Origin: Schizochytrium sp. TIO01
Lineage: Eukaryota > Protista > Bigyra: Labyrinthulomycetes
Assembly (NCBI GenBank): GCA_004764695.1
Contig: SMSO01000014.1
Coordinates: forward strand, 3,405,648-3,469,647
Direction: 5' to 3'
DNA: 64,000 bases
Shown here: one piece after another, positions 38,801 to 52,500 of the stretch
Position numbering within the stretch: position 1 is the stretch's first letter
Layout: every line of letters starts with the position of its first letter
Translations under genes and position numbers: made by a program
The notes under the pieces: model-generated
What the model was told of the DNA's origin: nothing
The model's database searches: none
Seen by the model: the letters and a program-made list of their open reading frames with translations, nothing else

Positions 38801-41800
38801 CAGCTGGAAGAAAACGAAAAAAGGAAAGAAAAGAAGTTGCTAGAAAATGAATGATAACGCGGTTGTGTTGGAAATTAGTAAATAAATGAACAGAGTATAA
38901 GATGGTAGCCACTCCTACAGACCAGGGGAAGCATGGAACCAGTAAGAAAGCTTCTCGTGTATAGGTGCTTTGCGACAAGTCAGGCTCGCCTTTCTTCCAA
39001 GTCTTTTCTCTCCCGCCTTGAAGTCCTATTGATGTTGTTCTTCCAAAAAGGAGAAAACTGGAAAAGGGAAATCTTTAAAGTAGCCTAGTCCAGCCATTCA
39101 TTACTTCATTCGATTCACAAAGCAGCGCGTGTCCCACCTACACTCTTGACGACCTAATTTAATGGGTTAAGAATTTTAGTACTTTTAGGCACCGTGACTG
39201 GAAAAGTACATAAAGGTAGTTCATTATCGATTTTATTTTTACTCTTATTATATTCTTTTATTTAGGAAGTGAAAGAAGAAAAAGAGAAGTTTTGATAACC
39301 TCACCGTGCTGTGCTACCATATTGAAAGAGATGAAGAATTATTTCTCATTAGGTCTTTGTACAAATCAGAGTACTTCCTACCAACGATAGTTGCTAAATA
39401 AAGAAGGTTTACTTGGGGAATGACCATTCAAAACAACCAATAGATTGACCATCATCTTCTTGACAAAGTCCATACACGCGATAAATCGTGGGTACAAATC
39501 TTGCAGCAAAGTACAGCGTCACCTTCTCAACCAATACTCGTATCTAAACTTCGCAAGGAAACCTCAAGTTGGGAACGAACGATATAATATTTCTAATCAT
39601 TTTAATTACTATATATAAAGTCAAAGACGCGATTTTCTGATATTGAAAGGCATGCGCAATTTGGTTCCGAAAGTGATACACTAGCTCTTGTTTATTGGCA
39701 CATTCTACCGCATAAGAAAACCCTCATTATTATTATTATTTTAAATCAAGATCAAAGATGATATTCACTTTATGCACTCATAATGGTGATTATAAAAATC
39801 TAAATAAAAGCTTTATTTTGAAGGGGGGGAAGAAAAAGAAAATAAAACATTTTTTCTTTCCTGATTTTTAATTCCTAAAATCTTTTTTCTACCTCTTCTG
39901 ATGAATACCATGGTAGTAGCCTAAATCTCCTCCTAGGTAGTCAGTCAGTATTGTCCGCCACTACTCAGATTTAAGAATGAAGAGGACATCATTTGAAATG
40001 AACACATAAAAAGCCTTGTCAACGTCGATCATTATGGTATGAACTGGCATTCTGCAAGATTAGTCTTTTCTCCTCGGTTCTCTTAGCAGGTACTCTGATT
40101 CATTCTGTCCGGTTGTTCAAATAAGAAAATCACCAGCGACCGTTTGATTTTAGTTATTAAATATCTTACTTACTAAACAACAGCAAGACTATGAACTCAT
40201 GTAAAGAGACTAAGACTTACCAAATGACTTTCTCTAAACAACAGCAAGGAAGAGTATAATTACTTCTTTTTTTAAGATATGGAGATAAATTTTCTCTTTA
40301 AGTGGATTGGTAGGAAGATGAACAAAAGCATAGTCCGGTCACGTAGTACTCGGTCATTAAGGAGAACATTTTATATTATTATTTATACTGTGGAGAAAAG
40401 GAGGCATTTTGACTAACCTTTCAGAGACAGTGGGGTCCGAAGTCGAGATCGCCGGCCGCAGTGAGTCGGTCCCCGTATACGCTCTTCCAACTCTCAATTA
40501 AATTTCATTTTATTCCTTGTCATCTAACTATTACTGCTAAATTAAAAAACATGTTTTAAAAGAAAAACTATTTTAGTTCTGTAAATAGAATATGAATGCA
40601 ACTGTCGCTTCAAATTTGATTACAGGAAAGTTTGCGTGATCTCTCGTATTATTATTTCTATTAGTACTAATATTGTTTTGGAATGTTAAAAAGACTTTTA
40701 AAATTTAATATGCCTAAAATGTATTTGATGGTTTTCTTTTCTTGTCTTGTACTTTTGGTAATATTTCTTATGCAGCGAGAAGACGCATATTATAAGGCAC
40801 GTACTGTCTTCGAAAAGAAAGCAGGAAGTTTGTAGATAGATAGGTAAGTAAGCAAGTATTGATTTTTTTTTAAAGAAGAAAAACCTGCTATTTTTTGAAG
40901 AGATGCTTCTATCACACGGTAGATACTTATACCGTTTCGCTAGTCAAGTATACGCGCAGACCTGATGATCTGTAGTTGCAGAAGCATAATCTGCGAATGT
41001 TCGACTGCTTCACCATAGGAGGTACTTCTACTACTACAGTGCACTTTCAATCTTGATCTACTGGCCTAATGAAAAAAGCCACAGATCAGCCAACTTGCCT
41101 TATTATCAGAGAAAAGAGAGACCATGGATCTCTTCGCCGTTCTCACAGCAAAGTATTCCAAGACAGGCCCCAGATGCAATGTCCTCGAAGGCTACGGATT
41201 TCCCGGAGCGCCAGGTTGAAATTTAGTTCTTACCTGAGAAGAAACTCTTCCTTCGATAGTGGATTGAACGCTGCTTAGATCATAAGCATTAAACATTCGT
41301 TGTTGAACTTAGGAGCTTCTGCGTAGCTACTGTAAGTTAGCTTTAAGTCAGTCAATGGCCCGGAGAAAGGCACAATTTAGACGAATGGTTTCCAATATTT
41401 GAAGCATGTTTAATGCTCTCAGGAGTTTTTCGCGATCCCGCTTTCTGGGTCATGGATTGATTCGTCGTCAAATGGTTAAGAGCTTTCATGGAAAGGCTGG
41501 AGCAGAAAGAAGTCTTCGAAGTCTAAAGTACTCCAGCCGTATACTAACCTGCCTTCTCCTGTGGACTTTGCTAAGTCTCAGAAATTGTTGAATGGGACGC
41601 TTCAAAGCAAGAGCTGCAGAGCACGTTATTCATAACCTGACTCTAATTGTGGGCAATAATGAGTTCTGAAATGTGCAGTGCTGTCCCTGGCGCCATGCCA
41701 GAGAGTGCGCCATGCGGCATCTGTGAAATATGGCGGTTGCGGAGGCTTTTCGCACTTGAAGAGTGTTAGGTAGCTGTGATTTCAATGGACCCACCGGTGG

Positions 41801-44800
41801 TGTGATCGATAGGACTTCAAATCCCTTAGCAGATTGCTGTGACATTTTGAGTCCAGTGGCGATGGCTATATCATATTATAGAGATTGAATTGTCGCACGC
41901 TTTCAAATGAAAATAGGGAATGAGTCAATTTTGAAATTGCACTTTGATTGCGGCTTTCCCTCCGAATCAGTGCAAATCAGTGGTAGAGGAAACCGACTAG
42001 ATAGAAATAGAAGGAGGTACCTAGGCGTCTACGTAGGCAGAGCAGTGGCCTGTTTCTTCAGTAAGCATCGTGGCCGAGAGCGAATGGAAGGTCCGCGAAT
42101 AAATGGTCTCCCACCACTCTCAACAGCCCATGACTACAGCTATCAATCAATTTCCTTACGCGCTTGGGAAAAATACTTCATCAGTAAAGAGAGCATGTCA
42201 GTATTGCTTAGGTACTAATAGATTCCAACTTTCGCTACTATCTCTTGAGTTGTTTTGCAATCAAACAAGTTTTGTTTGGTATAGCCTCTCAGTCTTTACT
42301 CTATTATGCCTCCTATTAGCTCTGTTGTTATTACTAGGTTTTGATATACTACCAAATATCAGGTAGGAAGGTAGGTAGGTATCTAGGGTCTTGTAAACAG
42401 AGATTGCGTTGATTACCAGTGTTCTGTTAGGATAGAAGATACGCTCTACTCTAGCACAATTACTAGTATCGCAATCGTAACACTTTTTATTTCCTTTTTA
42501 AAGTGAAACCAGTAGTAATACCTACTAGCCCTATGATGCTTGGTTTCAAATGAGAGTTCTCTAGACTTTTGTCACTTCTCAAGCAATGTGACTTTTACAT
42601 TCTCTGCCCCGTTGAACTGCCAGCCGAAGCACCAAGAAACGCTATTGGTTGCTTCCCTTGCTTCCGCTTCAGTAATGCACGTGCAATTGCGTAGGAAAGA
42701 AGGATAGTAATCTATACTGATTCTTTTGGAGGGGAAGGTAGCTGCTAGATGTCCATCGATTGCTGGCCTTGAACAGATCGCGTATTTATACATCTTTATA
42801 TAATATAATACACCATAAAGACCTTACCTACAAAAGAAATAGTTTAACATTTAACCATTCTCCTCATGACAGGAATAGATAGGATGGCCCAGCATTTTTG
42901 TGTCGATTTTCCTTTTGTCGGGTGCTATATCGACCAGCCTCAGCAGGCAGACCAATTCTTTCTAGTACAATAAAGACTTTATTACTAATGCTGATTTTCG
43001 ATTTTCTGGGTAAATCGGTCTGGGGTGTTTTTAAATTAATAAATAATGAATTAAGCTAAATGAATGCAATAGATCGAAATAAAGCCAACACCTAAAACTC
43101 TAAAATTAGAAAAGAACAAAGGAAGAACTTGGAGGAACTTGGAGGAGCCTGAACTATTAGTGCTTCTACTGTAGCTGTTAGTTCATCGTAAGGTGAATCA
43201 GCTTCTTACTTCTTAAGTTAAGTTCTAAGAATCAACAACTTTGAAAGGCCAGCCACCTAACTCTTGGTCATTTCCAAAAAAGGTGAAAGGGCTGCATGTT
43301 CTTTTTTCGTTTTTAAGTAGGTCATTTTTACTAAAAGACTTTCAAATGCCAGTGCATTGTGTGGTCCATGAACTACATTGAAACACTCTTGGTGATTGAC
43401 TCTTCCTAAGTTTTCAGAATGTTCCCTGCGATACGATGAATTTTCGAAATCAATGTCTCGGGTGAACTAGTGTGGCACCTTGGTTCATGCCTGCGAAGTA
43501 CAGCTGCTGCTGTTAAAGGGTGTGTCTTAAGTCGCTATTCAGTATGTGGTTTCAACAAAGCGAGAGTGTAAATAAAGCAACACGTTGGTAAGTCAATCAA
43601 CTTTGTTATTTTGAGGATCGCACTCTCCGTAAGTACGGTAAATTAGTATTTAATTTTAATGATTTTTTTTCGATCACTTCTTTAGTTTATTTTCCTTTTC
43701 CTTTTCCTTTTCTTAAATATGATTGTAAATACTCAACTACTTTGTCCTTGGAACACTTATCAGAATTCCACGATAAAATGTAGAATACATTATACTGAAA
43801 GTGATGGTTTTCAAGTTTATTCTTTTGTAGGAACTATTCGCCCGATATTTTTTATTCTCATCTATAGTGCTGTGACCGTTGAACTTCTATTACATGGTGA
43901 ATACTACTAATTGTTTTTACGAAATTACTTTGAGGCTTTCATGTGGATTCACAAGCCAACTTTTACTTCCCTCGCTGATATATGACAACTTGGGATGATA
44001 GACATCTAGTGAAAAACACTACTCCTTGCATATATATTAATTTAGTGCTTTATGATCACACTTCCCGTCACTCCCTTAGGTTGTGTACAAATAAACTCGA
44101 CTAGTAATAGACACAATCAATCATATGCATAGCTTCTCGTAAGCTCTAACCGCTGAATCTTGCAAACAAAAAGGAAAGCTTGGAATTGCTTGAGTAGCAA
44201 AAAAAAAAATGTTTTTATTCGTAAACCGTTCTGTACTTTCGAATAAATCATTATTATTATAAATAATGTAATACTACATATTCTACACTATTTCCTCTGC
44301 ATTCTTCTTGTAGCAATATTTTATTTGTTTGATATACAATAAGTTACAATTCAAGGTCTTCGTGTGCCTCCATGTTAACTAATAACCTTTTCTATAATAC
44401 TGTTGCGTGTTTCAGATTTAGGGCTGCGTTATTGTGTATCTATTAGTATTTAATTTGATGATAAACAAAGCTTACGAGTTTCCAGTTGAATTTCATTTTC
44501 TCTGAAGTTATATCAGAACCTAGTGTTCTATCCTAGTCTTTCTTTTCTTTTATTAATTTTTTCCTTGTTTCTCAGGTAGGTCATGGAATGCTTAGACGCT
44601 TGTAAATCATCCTCTCGCTTCGCGTACCACCGCCACTTGTACTATACACCAATATATTTCCAATATATACAACATGATGATGGCGTTTGCTAGATGATAC
44701 CTATCGCGCAAACTACTTTTTTTAAAGACATGGCCTGAGTGTTCAATAAAGGAGAAAACGTCACCTATAAACTTTTCACGCGTGTGCAGGTCTGATAGTT

Positions 44801-47800
44801 TCGTTTTAAAGTTCTTCCTTGTGATTCAAAGAATGATGCTAGTCTTGTTACTAACTATGTAAAAAATAAAGCATGACTTACGTTGCAACGTTATTTTCCC
44901 CTTTTTTGTTTTAAATGTGCGTTGGTCTAATACATAATTAGCTTGAAGTACTTTTTGTTCACTTGCCATCCAAGCCTTTAACCTTATATTCTTTTAAATC
45001 AGAATGTAAAGAGGCTTTGTGCGAAACTTCCTGGCTTTTGATTACTTGATAAACCGTCAACAGGTTTTCCTGGGAGGGATCAGAGCCATCCCAAATCTTC
45101 ACAAAAGAGCAACTATTTTGAAATAAAGATGACATCTGGAATTGGAGAACTACTGTGATTAAACTAGATATTTGTGCAATTGCGGAACCGGATTTTGGAG
45201 TGCAACTTTTAGTTTGTAAACAGAGAGTGAAATCGGACCTCCCCTTCTTGCAGTAAGTTATTATTAAATGTTGGAGAATTTGAATGTCTATTGTATCAAT
45301 TTTTTGTTTTTTAATTAATAAGGTGTCTTTACAGCTCTCATAATCTTGTCTTGACTAAAGCTTCAGTTTTTTCAATTATGCTGACTATTCTAAACTCTGA
45401 CAAATTCTATTCCTGGCTGCAAGACTTATATTTAATGCTGCTTTTCCTCTTAGAACTTTCCATTATGTTTATTCTGTTCTTTAATAAGTCCAAATAAACC
45501 CAACAACTAATATATTTAATTACGTCAAGAAAACTTCCCATTATATTTAATAACAGTAGGTTTTAATAAGTCTTGCCCTTAAATTATCTTCGAGGCGTCT
45601 ATGCTATACATCAAACGAGATAGAATAAGCCTTTCGATCCACCTCCTCATAATCAAGAGAAAATTGTTCTATCAAGATCAAATCAAATCGCATAAGACCT
45701 TTCATTCTGAAGCCAATAGGTTTACTACCCACATTTGCTTTTTGCTGTTAATAAGCTTTCAATAATAATCTGTCTTGGTCATTAGGAAAAATGAAAATTC
45801 CTTTCAAGACAAGCCACAGGCTAGCTATGCTAGCCTTTACATTATTGTACTATGATGAATCATCACAAAAGAAGACGTATAGTTCTATTTCTAGTTTCGA
45901 GAATAGCGCCTTCTCCTTTCAATCAGCCTTCTTATTGAAATTGGCTTGCAAAGTACAAAGAACTACACATTTATAGTGCAGAAATACAAAACGTTTCTCT
46001 TCACTTCCGTCATTATGCTTCTCAAATGGATAAAAAAGACTATCAAGCAAGAAGAAAATTAAAAGTAGGAGATACAACCGTTGAAACGACATGGACTACG
46101 CCTTCAAGCTTTGTCCGAGCACTTTCGTCTCATTTACTCAACTCCTTTCTTTTAAAGCCCTCCCTACTCAACCCCCACCCTCCCTTCATACTTATCTCCC
46201 TTCTCCCAGTTGCGTTGGGCCTCTTAGGGCTAGCTCTTCAGAAACAACTCACGAACTGAAGAACGTTTCGTATTACTGCTTGCAACTGATCACTTGAATA
46301 ATACCGAGATGCCTCAGCTAACGGTTGGCCTCAGTAAGGCTTTATGTATCCTTTACTAAAATCATAGGGGTTTATTAGCTTCCATAAACAGCTTTTGTTT
46401 ACTTTCATGTTGAATTTTATTAGTTTAAAAAGAAAAACCGTCACAAACACGCTTGTTGCGAAACACTTGAGCAGCAATCTTAAGCCCACTCAGACTGATT
46501 AGAATGACAGGCGGTCGTTTAAGCTTGGTTTATCGTTAAGCTTGAGCATGCAATCGCGCCGACAGTGGCACCGCAGGTGTTATGCGGTTTCTACGTTTCC
46601 TGGATTTCCCTGGCATTTCTAATTTTTATTATTTATTTTTCTAAACCATAACTGATAAACTGAACAGCAATAGATAAGTGAACAGTATGTATGCATGCTT
46701 ATATATAGCTGATTTTTCGTCATGTCGTTAGAGATTACAATGTGATTGCAACACCAAGCGAGATCAAGAAAGCACCTCCCTATGCTGACTTAAAGCCAGC
46801 AGCTTGTGCACGACAGTTTAAAAGTTGACACGGGCACTCGAAAAGGATGGGTCTAATCCGTTACAAGCACTGGCGGACTGAGCTACGACAGCAGGAGGGA
46901 TGTGCAGTATACTACCTATACCATTTCATCTTCAGACAATCCTCTCTGCGAAAGTTTAATTTTGAAGAGCAGGCTGACTTATAAAGATTTCCGTTTTTTT
47001 GTTTAGTCTTTGGTAACGATAAACCTTTTCTAGGATGGACGTGATAAAACACATGAATTTCTCTTTCATTTCTTTATTCAATCCTCTATTTGTTTATTTC
47101 CGGTGGTGTTATGAAGTTGCAGTTTGTGATCGCCTGCCTGCGTCAAAGCGAGGTTGTCTTATCTAATTAAATAATAGAACCATATCCTGTAAATGAAGAA
47201 TTAAGCAACGTCTAACACTTTCTCTTTAAAACTAAGATGGTTGTGACATTGTGAGTCATCGCTTAAGCTTCTATCAGCCTAAAGTCTTAGCTGGCCATAA
47301 TTTAATTATCCCTTTTGTGTGTAGTAGTCGCTTTGATGCTGGATCAACCGATGCCAAGCTGAATCAACAAAATTTCTTTCTGAAGAAAGAAACATACACA
47401 CAATGAAATCTTGAATTTAATCTATTTTAATCAAACAGGACCCCTCATTTGACCCACCTTTAATACAAGATAAAAACAATAGAGGACAGATATTCTTCTT
47501 GATTATTAAATCACTTCTGAAAGTTATCTCTTCACTTTATTCCAGCAAAGAATATGTGAGAGGCTCGTAGTCATACGTGCTTTTTTGGAATTACTCTTGG
47601 TGTTATAGTCAATGAATAGTACCATGACATTCCTACTATCTCTAATACGCAGGACATGGTCCTATGAGCTAAACTTGTGTTATACTACGCAATGTACTAT
47701 GACACAACATAACACTACTCATTTAGATACTTTCTAATTCGTTTCCCTCTAAGCAAAAATAGAGGGAAATGTTCTTTACTACTGAGAGATGACTCTGCCA

Positions 47801-49557
47801 GCTAGATATTGACGATAAAGACGAAGGGAAGATACTTGAAGAAGGTGCTAAGCGGTAATTGAGTGAGCTTTGGCTCTTAGAGTGATCCTCCATCCTTAGA
47901 AGCAAAATGATACATATTATAATTACTGAAAAGTGATTCTGATTAGCTTGAGGTTGACTGTCAAGTGGCTTGATGAAGGGTTTAAGAAGGTTGATTTAAG
48001 AGTTAGCGAACTGATGTCCTGGAGAATGAATTCCAGGACAGATTGATTCATGTAGTAATTAAGGAGATTAAGACATTCTTGAAAGGTGTTAGAGATAATC
48101 GATTGGGTTAGGTTAATTCGACCTCTACAGCTATCGATTCAAGTTACACCATGCTTGGAAGTAGGTAATGTGTATTCACACTTCTAGTTCTTGGCTCCGG
48201 CAGCCACATGAATCTAGCTGCCTGTTCTTGCCCTATTGTAACCCTATGTCTACTGGGGTTTCATAATGGGACGCCAAGAGCTCTAGCAATTTCTTTTCTA
48301 CTAGTTCCTTCGATTGGAGATCTCTAATATAATACAGTGACTAAGATAGTATTACGCACATTTGGGGAAGTAAAATTAACTTGTCTCTTCAAACATCAAT
48401 CTACAGATTTCACTATGCTCATTCAATTGAATGCGTACGTAGACTTTGCTTCTCTAATTCCTACTGTGCACAACCACACATCTGGTTGTCTAGTCAGATA
48501 CTATATCAATTCTTCTTCTCCAAGGACTAACAAAAACTCACCAAGAGTTCTAGCCATGTCTTGCCCACATATTCTTTTTATCAGAAATTCCAGAAATTGT
48601 ATACACTGAGTCATGTTGCGTGTATCAGAAATCTATCATACAAATACATGAATTTCGTTTGCACAAAAAGGGATCTATTAAGACAGACACACGACTTACA
48701 GTTGCATCTGTTGCTTGAGAGTTCAAATGCATAATTTCATACTTCTTGCTTCAGTCCTGCGAAAAATCAGCAAATGAAAAAGGTAGTGTAGAGAGCAAAT
48801 GAAATGTTGTAAGAAAAAATTCAAAAACAAATGTTAGTGAAAATAGACCAAACGATGGAATGAATGGACAAGATACTATTGGTACATGCTTGTTTAATCT
48901 TTTGGAGACATCAGGCGTCTGCGTTTCTACTTAAATACATATAACTCAAATGGAACTATTTGTCCAAGCTATCGTATTGTAGGCTGTTTATATTTCTTTC
49001 GTCTTGACTCTTCATTAAAACGATTACACAGATTTAGGAAGGCGCAAAACTTAGGTACCACAAGGTGCGACTCTCTGGATATGGGTTGCATTCCAAAAAG
49101 AGTGAGGTTCTACATCTGGAGATAGAGCAAGGATGCCTGCACAATTAAAAAAATTCTTCTGCTTTGCGGGTGTGCTCCGCACTACTCTTCCTCAACTTGA
49201 AGTAGGCATCTGCATTTATTGGTACACCTCACCTTCCACCACATACATGATCATAGGGCTTCAAGTTTCGATTCTACTCCTCTACTACTAAAGCTATCCC
49301 TTATAGAAAAACCTAATCCTAACGACAACCCACGATGGAAAAAAAAATATGTAGGATATTTAAGTAGGGTAAACTAGTGCAAGGTAAGATAAACTGATAA
49401 TGGTCAACTTCGAGTAGAGTATTAATCATAGTAATTAAAGGGACAACTAGAGAATAGGTACGCAGGTGGTAGATGAAAGAAGAACGAGAGAAGAAAACGA
49501 GAAATGCTCGTACCAATGCACAGCGCAGCGCCGCACTTGAGGCAAGCGGGAGCGGCG

Positions 49558-52500
49558 ATGGGCGGGTCCGGGCGAGTGGACTTTAAGAGTAAACTGGGTA
49601 CGTGCAACGGCTATTCATGAATTTAGCAAGATGTGCAGAAGCTTGTAGCTGGCAAGGATTCAGTGATGTCAAGATGGATGAGCCATGGAAATAGCTTGCA
49701 ACGGAGGAAAACGGAGATGTCCATGAACCAAGTGGGGCCAAGACAATGCCGCATCGGTGCAAGGAAACCATGGAGTGCTTGATTAAGCTCTGGAAAGTAT
49801 GAGCTGTAGCAAACCCTAACGAGAATGAACTTGCCATAAAACAGCCGAAATGAATCAAAAAACCAAGAATGGAGAAACTGACAAGACACTTGCTGGTACA
49901 ATGGAAATGTGTATTATAATCGTGTGTGGCTTTGCGGTGGTTCGCGTATTATTATTCGGTCTGGATTCTCTTTTCTATGCATGATACGTACAACCTACAT
50001 GTACTCGTCCTGGCCTGATGTGCAGATATTGAGGAGTACTTAGAAGATGTAGCAAGGGCGAACAATAGCGGCGAGCCAAGCGCGGTAGGGCGCAGAAATG
50101 GCGTCCCACTGAGCTCAGGAGAAATCGAAAGGCTCCGGCGAGATGACTTTGAGAAAAGAAAAGTCCTTAGGCTCATCCAGGTACGGGAGCAGGAAAAAAT
50201 GCTCGCCATTGCGAGGCGGCAAAAGTACGAGGAAGCTCTCGAACGAAAACGTGCAAAAGCACATGAAAAACGACGCCGAGCATGGGAAGCAGACCGCCAA
50301 CAGCAGATTGATGCTCTCACATCTACATATAAGCAATCTTTGGGTCAAATTGGGATCGCCCACCGTCATGCACAATATCAGGCACAGACTCAGGCAGCCG
50401 AAGAAGCTCGAAAACAGGCGCATAGGGCGCACTTAAGACTTCAGGAACAAGCTCGGCATGAGGTAGCCTTGTCCAAAGAGCGCGAGCAACGTGCTGACCA
50501 TCCCTTCTTCGTCGCTAAAGCACAGGGCAAACATCGTTTTACTGTTCGTCAAAACGTGTCGGATTCAGAACGATCTCGCGCGAGACGCAGAGCAGAAACG
50601 CAAGACCACCTTCGACAAGAGGACCTTGCTACTCAACGTGCACTTGAGGCAGCTGCTGAAAAGTCATTACGCAAGCGTGATATTACCATTGACATCACTG
50701 CTCAGGTTCCTCAAAGTGCTCCAAGCATTCAGGACTTTGCATCGACACGTTTTCATGCTTCGCTCACCCAGCATGCATCACGAAGAAACTCGACCGCTTC
50801 TGAGACATCGTCTGTTGATAGTGATGGAACCGAGTCTCGTGGATCTGCTAGTTGTCAACTTGGTTTTAAAAGGGCAGAACGCTTAAATCAAAAGATTGCT
50901 AAACGTCAACAAGCTGAACAAGAAGAAAAGGTCCTTGCCGAGGAGCGTGCTACCGCCCGAGGAGAGTCAGCCATGTACAAATTGCGCATGCTTCGCGATT
51001 ATCAAGAGGTGGAGCAAAACCTTGCCGCGCTGCGTCAAGAAGAGATTAATGCCAACAAGCAAAATACTATGCAAACTTTACGACGCCTTCGCGCTTCTTG
51101 GCAAGCGAGAGACAAACTTGATAAACACAAGGCTATGCTCCAACAACGTGCTTTCGAACAAACCTTTGTGGATGTTCCCAATGAACCGCAGGGTGTTCTT
51201 CGACAACCCCCCGAGGTTTTGCATGTGATTCCAGAATCCGAAGAAGATGTTCAAGAATCGGATTTCACACAAGCTCAGGCTGGCGAAGATATTTTAGTAC
51301 AAGAAGATCCTGGTTGCGATGAGGGAGAACGACTTGTCCATCACGATGTAGGACCAATATCTATAACTGTGACTTCAGCAGAACACACAGGTAAGGAAGA
51401 CAACAGTGGCTCTCGAACGATGCCGGGAAAACCACCTGCATCACCTCAACCACACATTTCAATCCCTACTGCGCAGAGTGATTTTGAAGATCAGAAATAT
51501 CTTTCTCTAAGTGGCGAAGGTGCGGACAATACTGTATCGACACGACATGGAAAATCCGGGGTATCTGTGAAAAAACAGCATCCTTCCAAGCCTCAACAGC
51601 TCCATGCAGATTTCCAGGATAGTATCGACGATCAAAACGGCAGTTCCGAGAAGGAAAAAGAAATTGATTCCGAAACACGTGCTCTGCTAGAGGCTTCCCG
51701 CCGCGCACGTCAAAGGGGCAATCAAAGTGTTCAAGCTATTCTCAAAATGGGGCAGTCCTTTTTGGAAGGCTCGTCTGATTTCGAAAGCGCTGATACAAAA
51801 ACCCATTTAAGCCATCCAAGAAGAGCCAACAGTGACGAGAGTTCGCAAATTGATTCCTCTGCCACAGTTTCTTCGACTGACCTTTCCTTGCATGCTCGAG
51901 CTGCTGCAGCTGCGTCAGCAGCTGCACGCGCCGCAGCTGATGCGGCGAACCACCACGCTCACTCTCAAACCACCTCCTTTCCTTCTCGTGAACAGCTCGA
52001 ACAATCTATCACCCATTATCTTTATGGATCTGATAGTGAAATTGAAGAGTTTGACGGAGACTTCAGTCATACGGAACCCTCAACACAGCAAGTAGGGTTA
52101 AATGCTTCATTTGTATCTACTTCTAGTTCCCGATCTTGGGAACCTCGAAGAACACCAGGTGAGCGTGCTCGAGCACTTAATGACCTCGCCCTTTCAGTGC
52201 TTCGAGACTTGGACCCTACGCACCCACGAACAAACGTTAAATCAAATCTCTCTGTTGCCTCCTCGGATGTGGCATCCTTAGAGCAGCTTCCATTGAGTCC
52301 AAGCTCACGACCTTCAACAGCTTCTGGCGTTAGGCGCCAGGAACGACCTTTCGATTATAATACATACCATGCTCAAGATCATTCATTAGAATCTTCGGAA
52401 ACGGAGACATCTACCTCCACCCCGACTTCTTCGGCTGTTGAACACCTTATTGTGCGCGACGAAAGCTGGAAAGAGTCTGATGCCTTTACACAGTGGCTTA

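Noticed and set aside
40173-40248. 15-bp direct repeat CTAAACAACAGCAAG flanking 46 bp
   Set aside because: Only two copies, with no terminal inverted repeats or poly(A). It is a local duplication, not evidence for a TE or CRISPR array.
18281-48040. Short perfect inverted repeats (TGTCCTTG-GA-CAAGGACA 18281; CTACCTCTAGAGGTAG 31526; TGTCCTGGA-N8-TCCAGGACA 48015)
   Set aside because: A few 8-9 bp stems are expected by chance in 64 kb, and they share no context.
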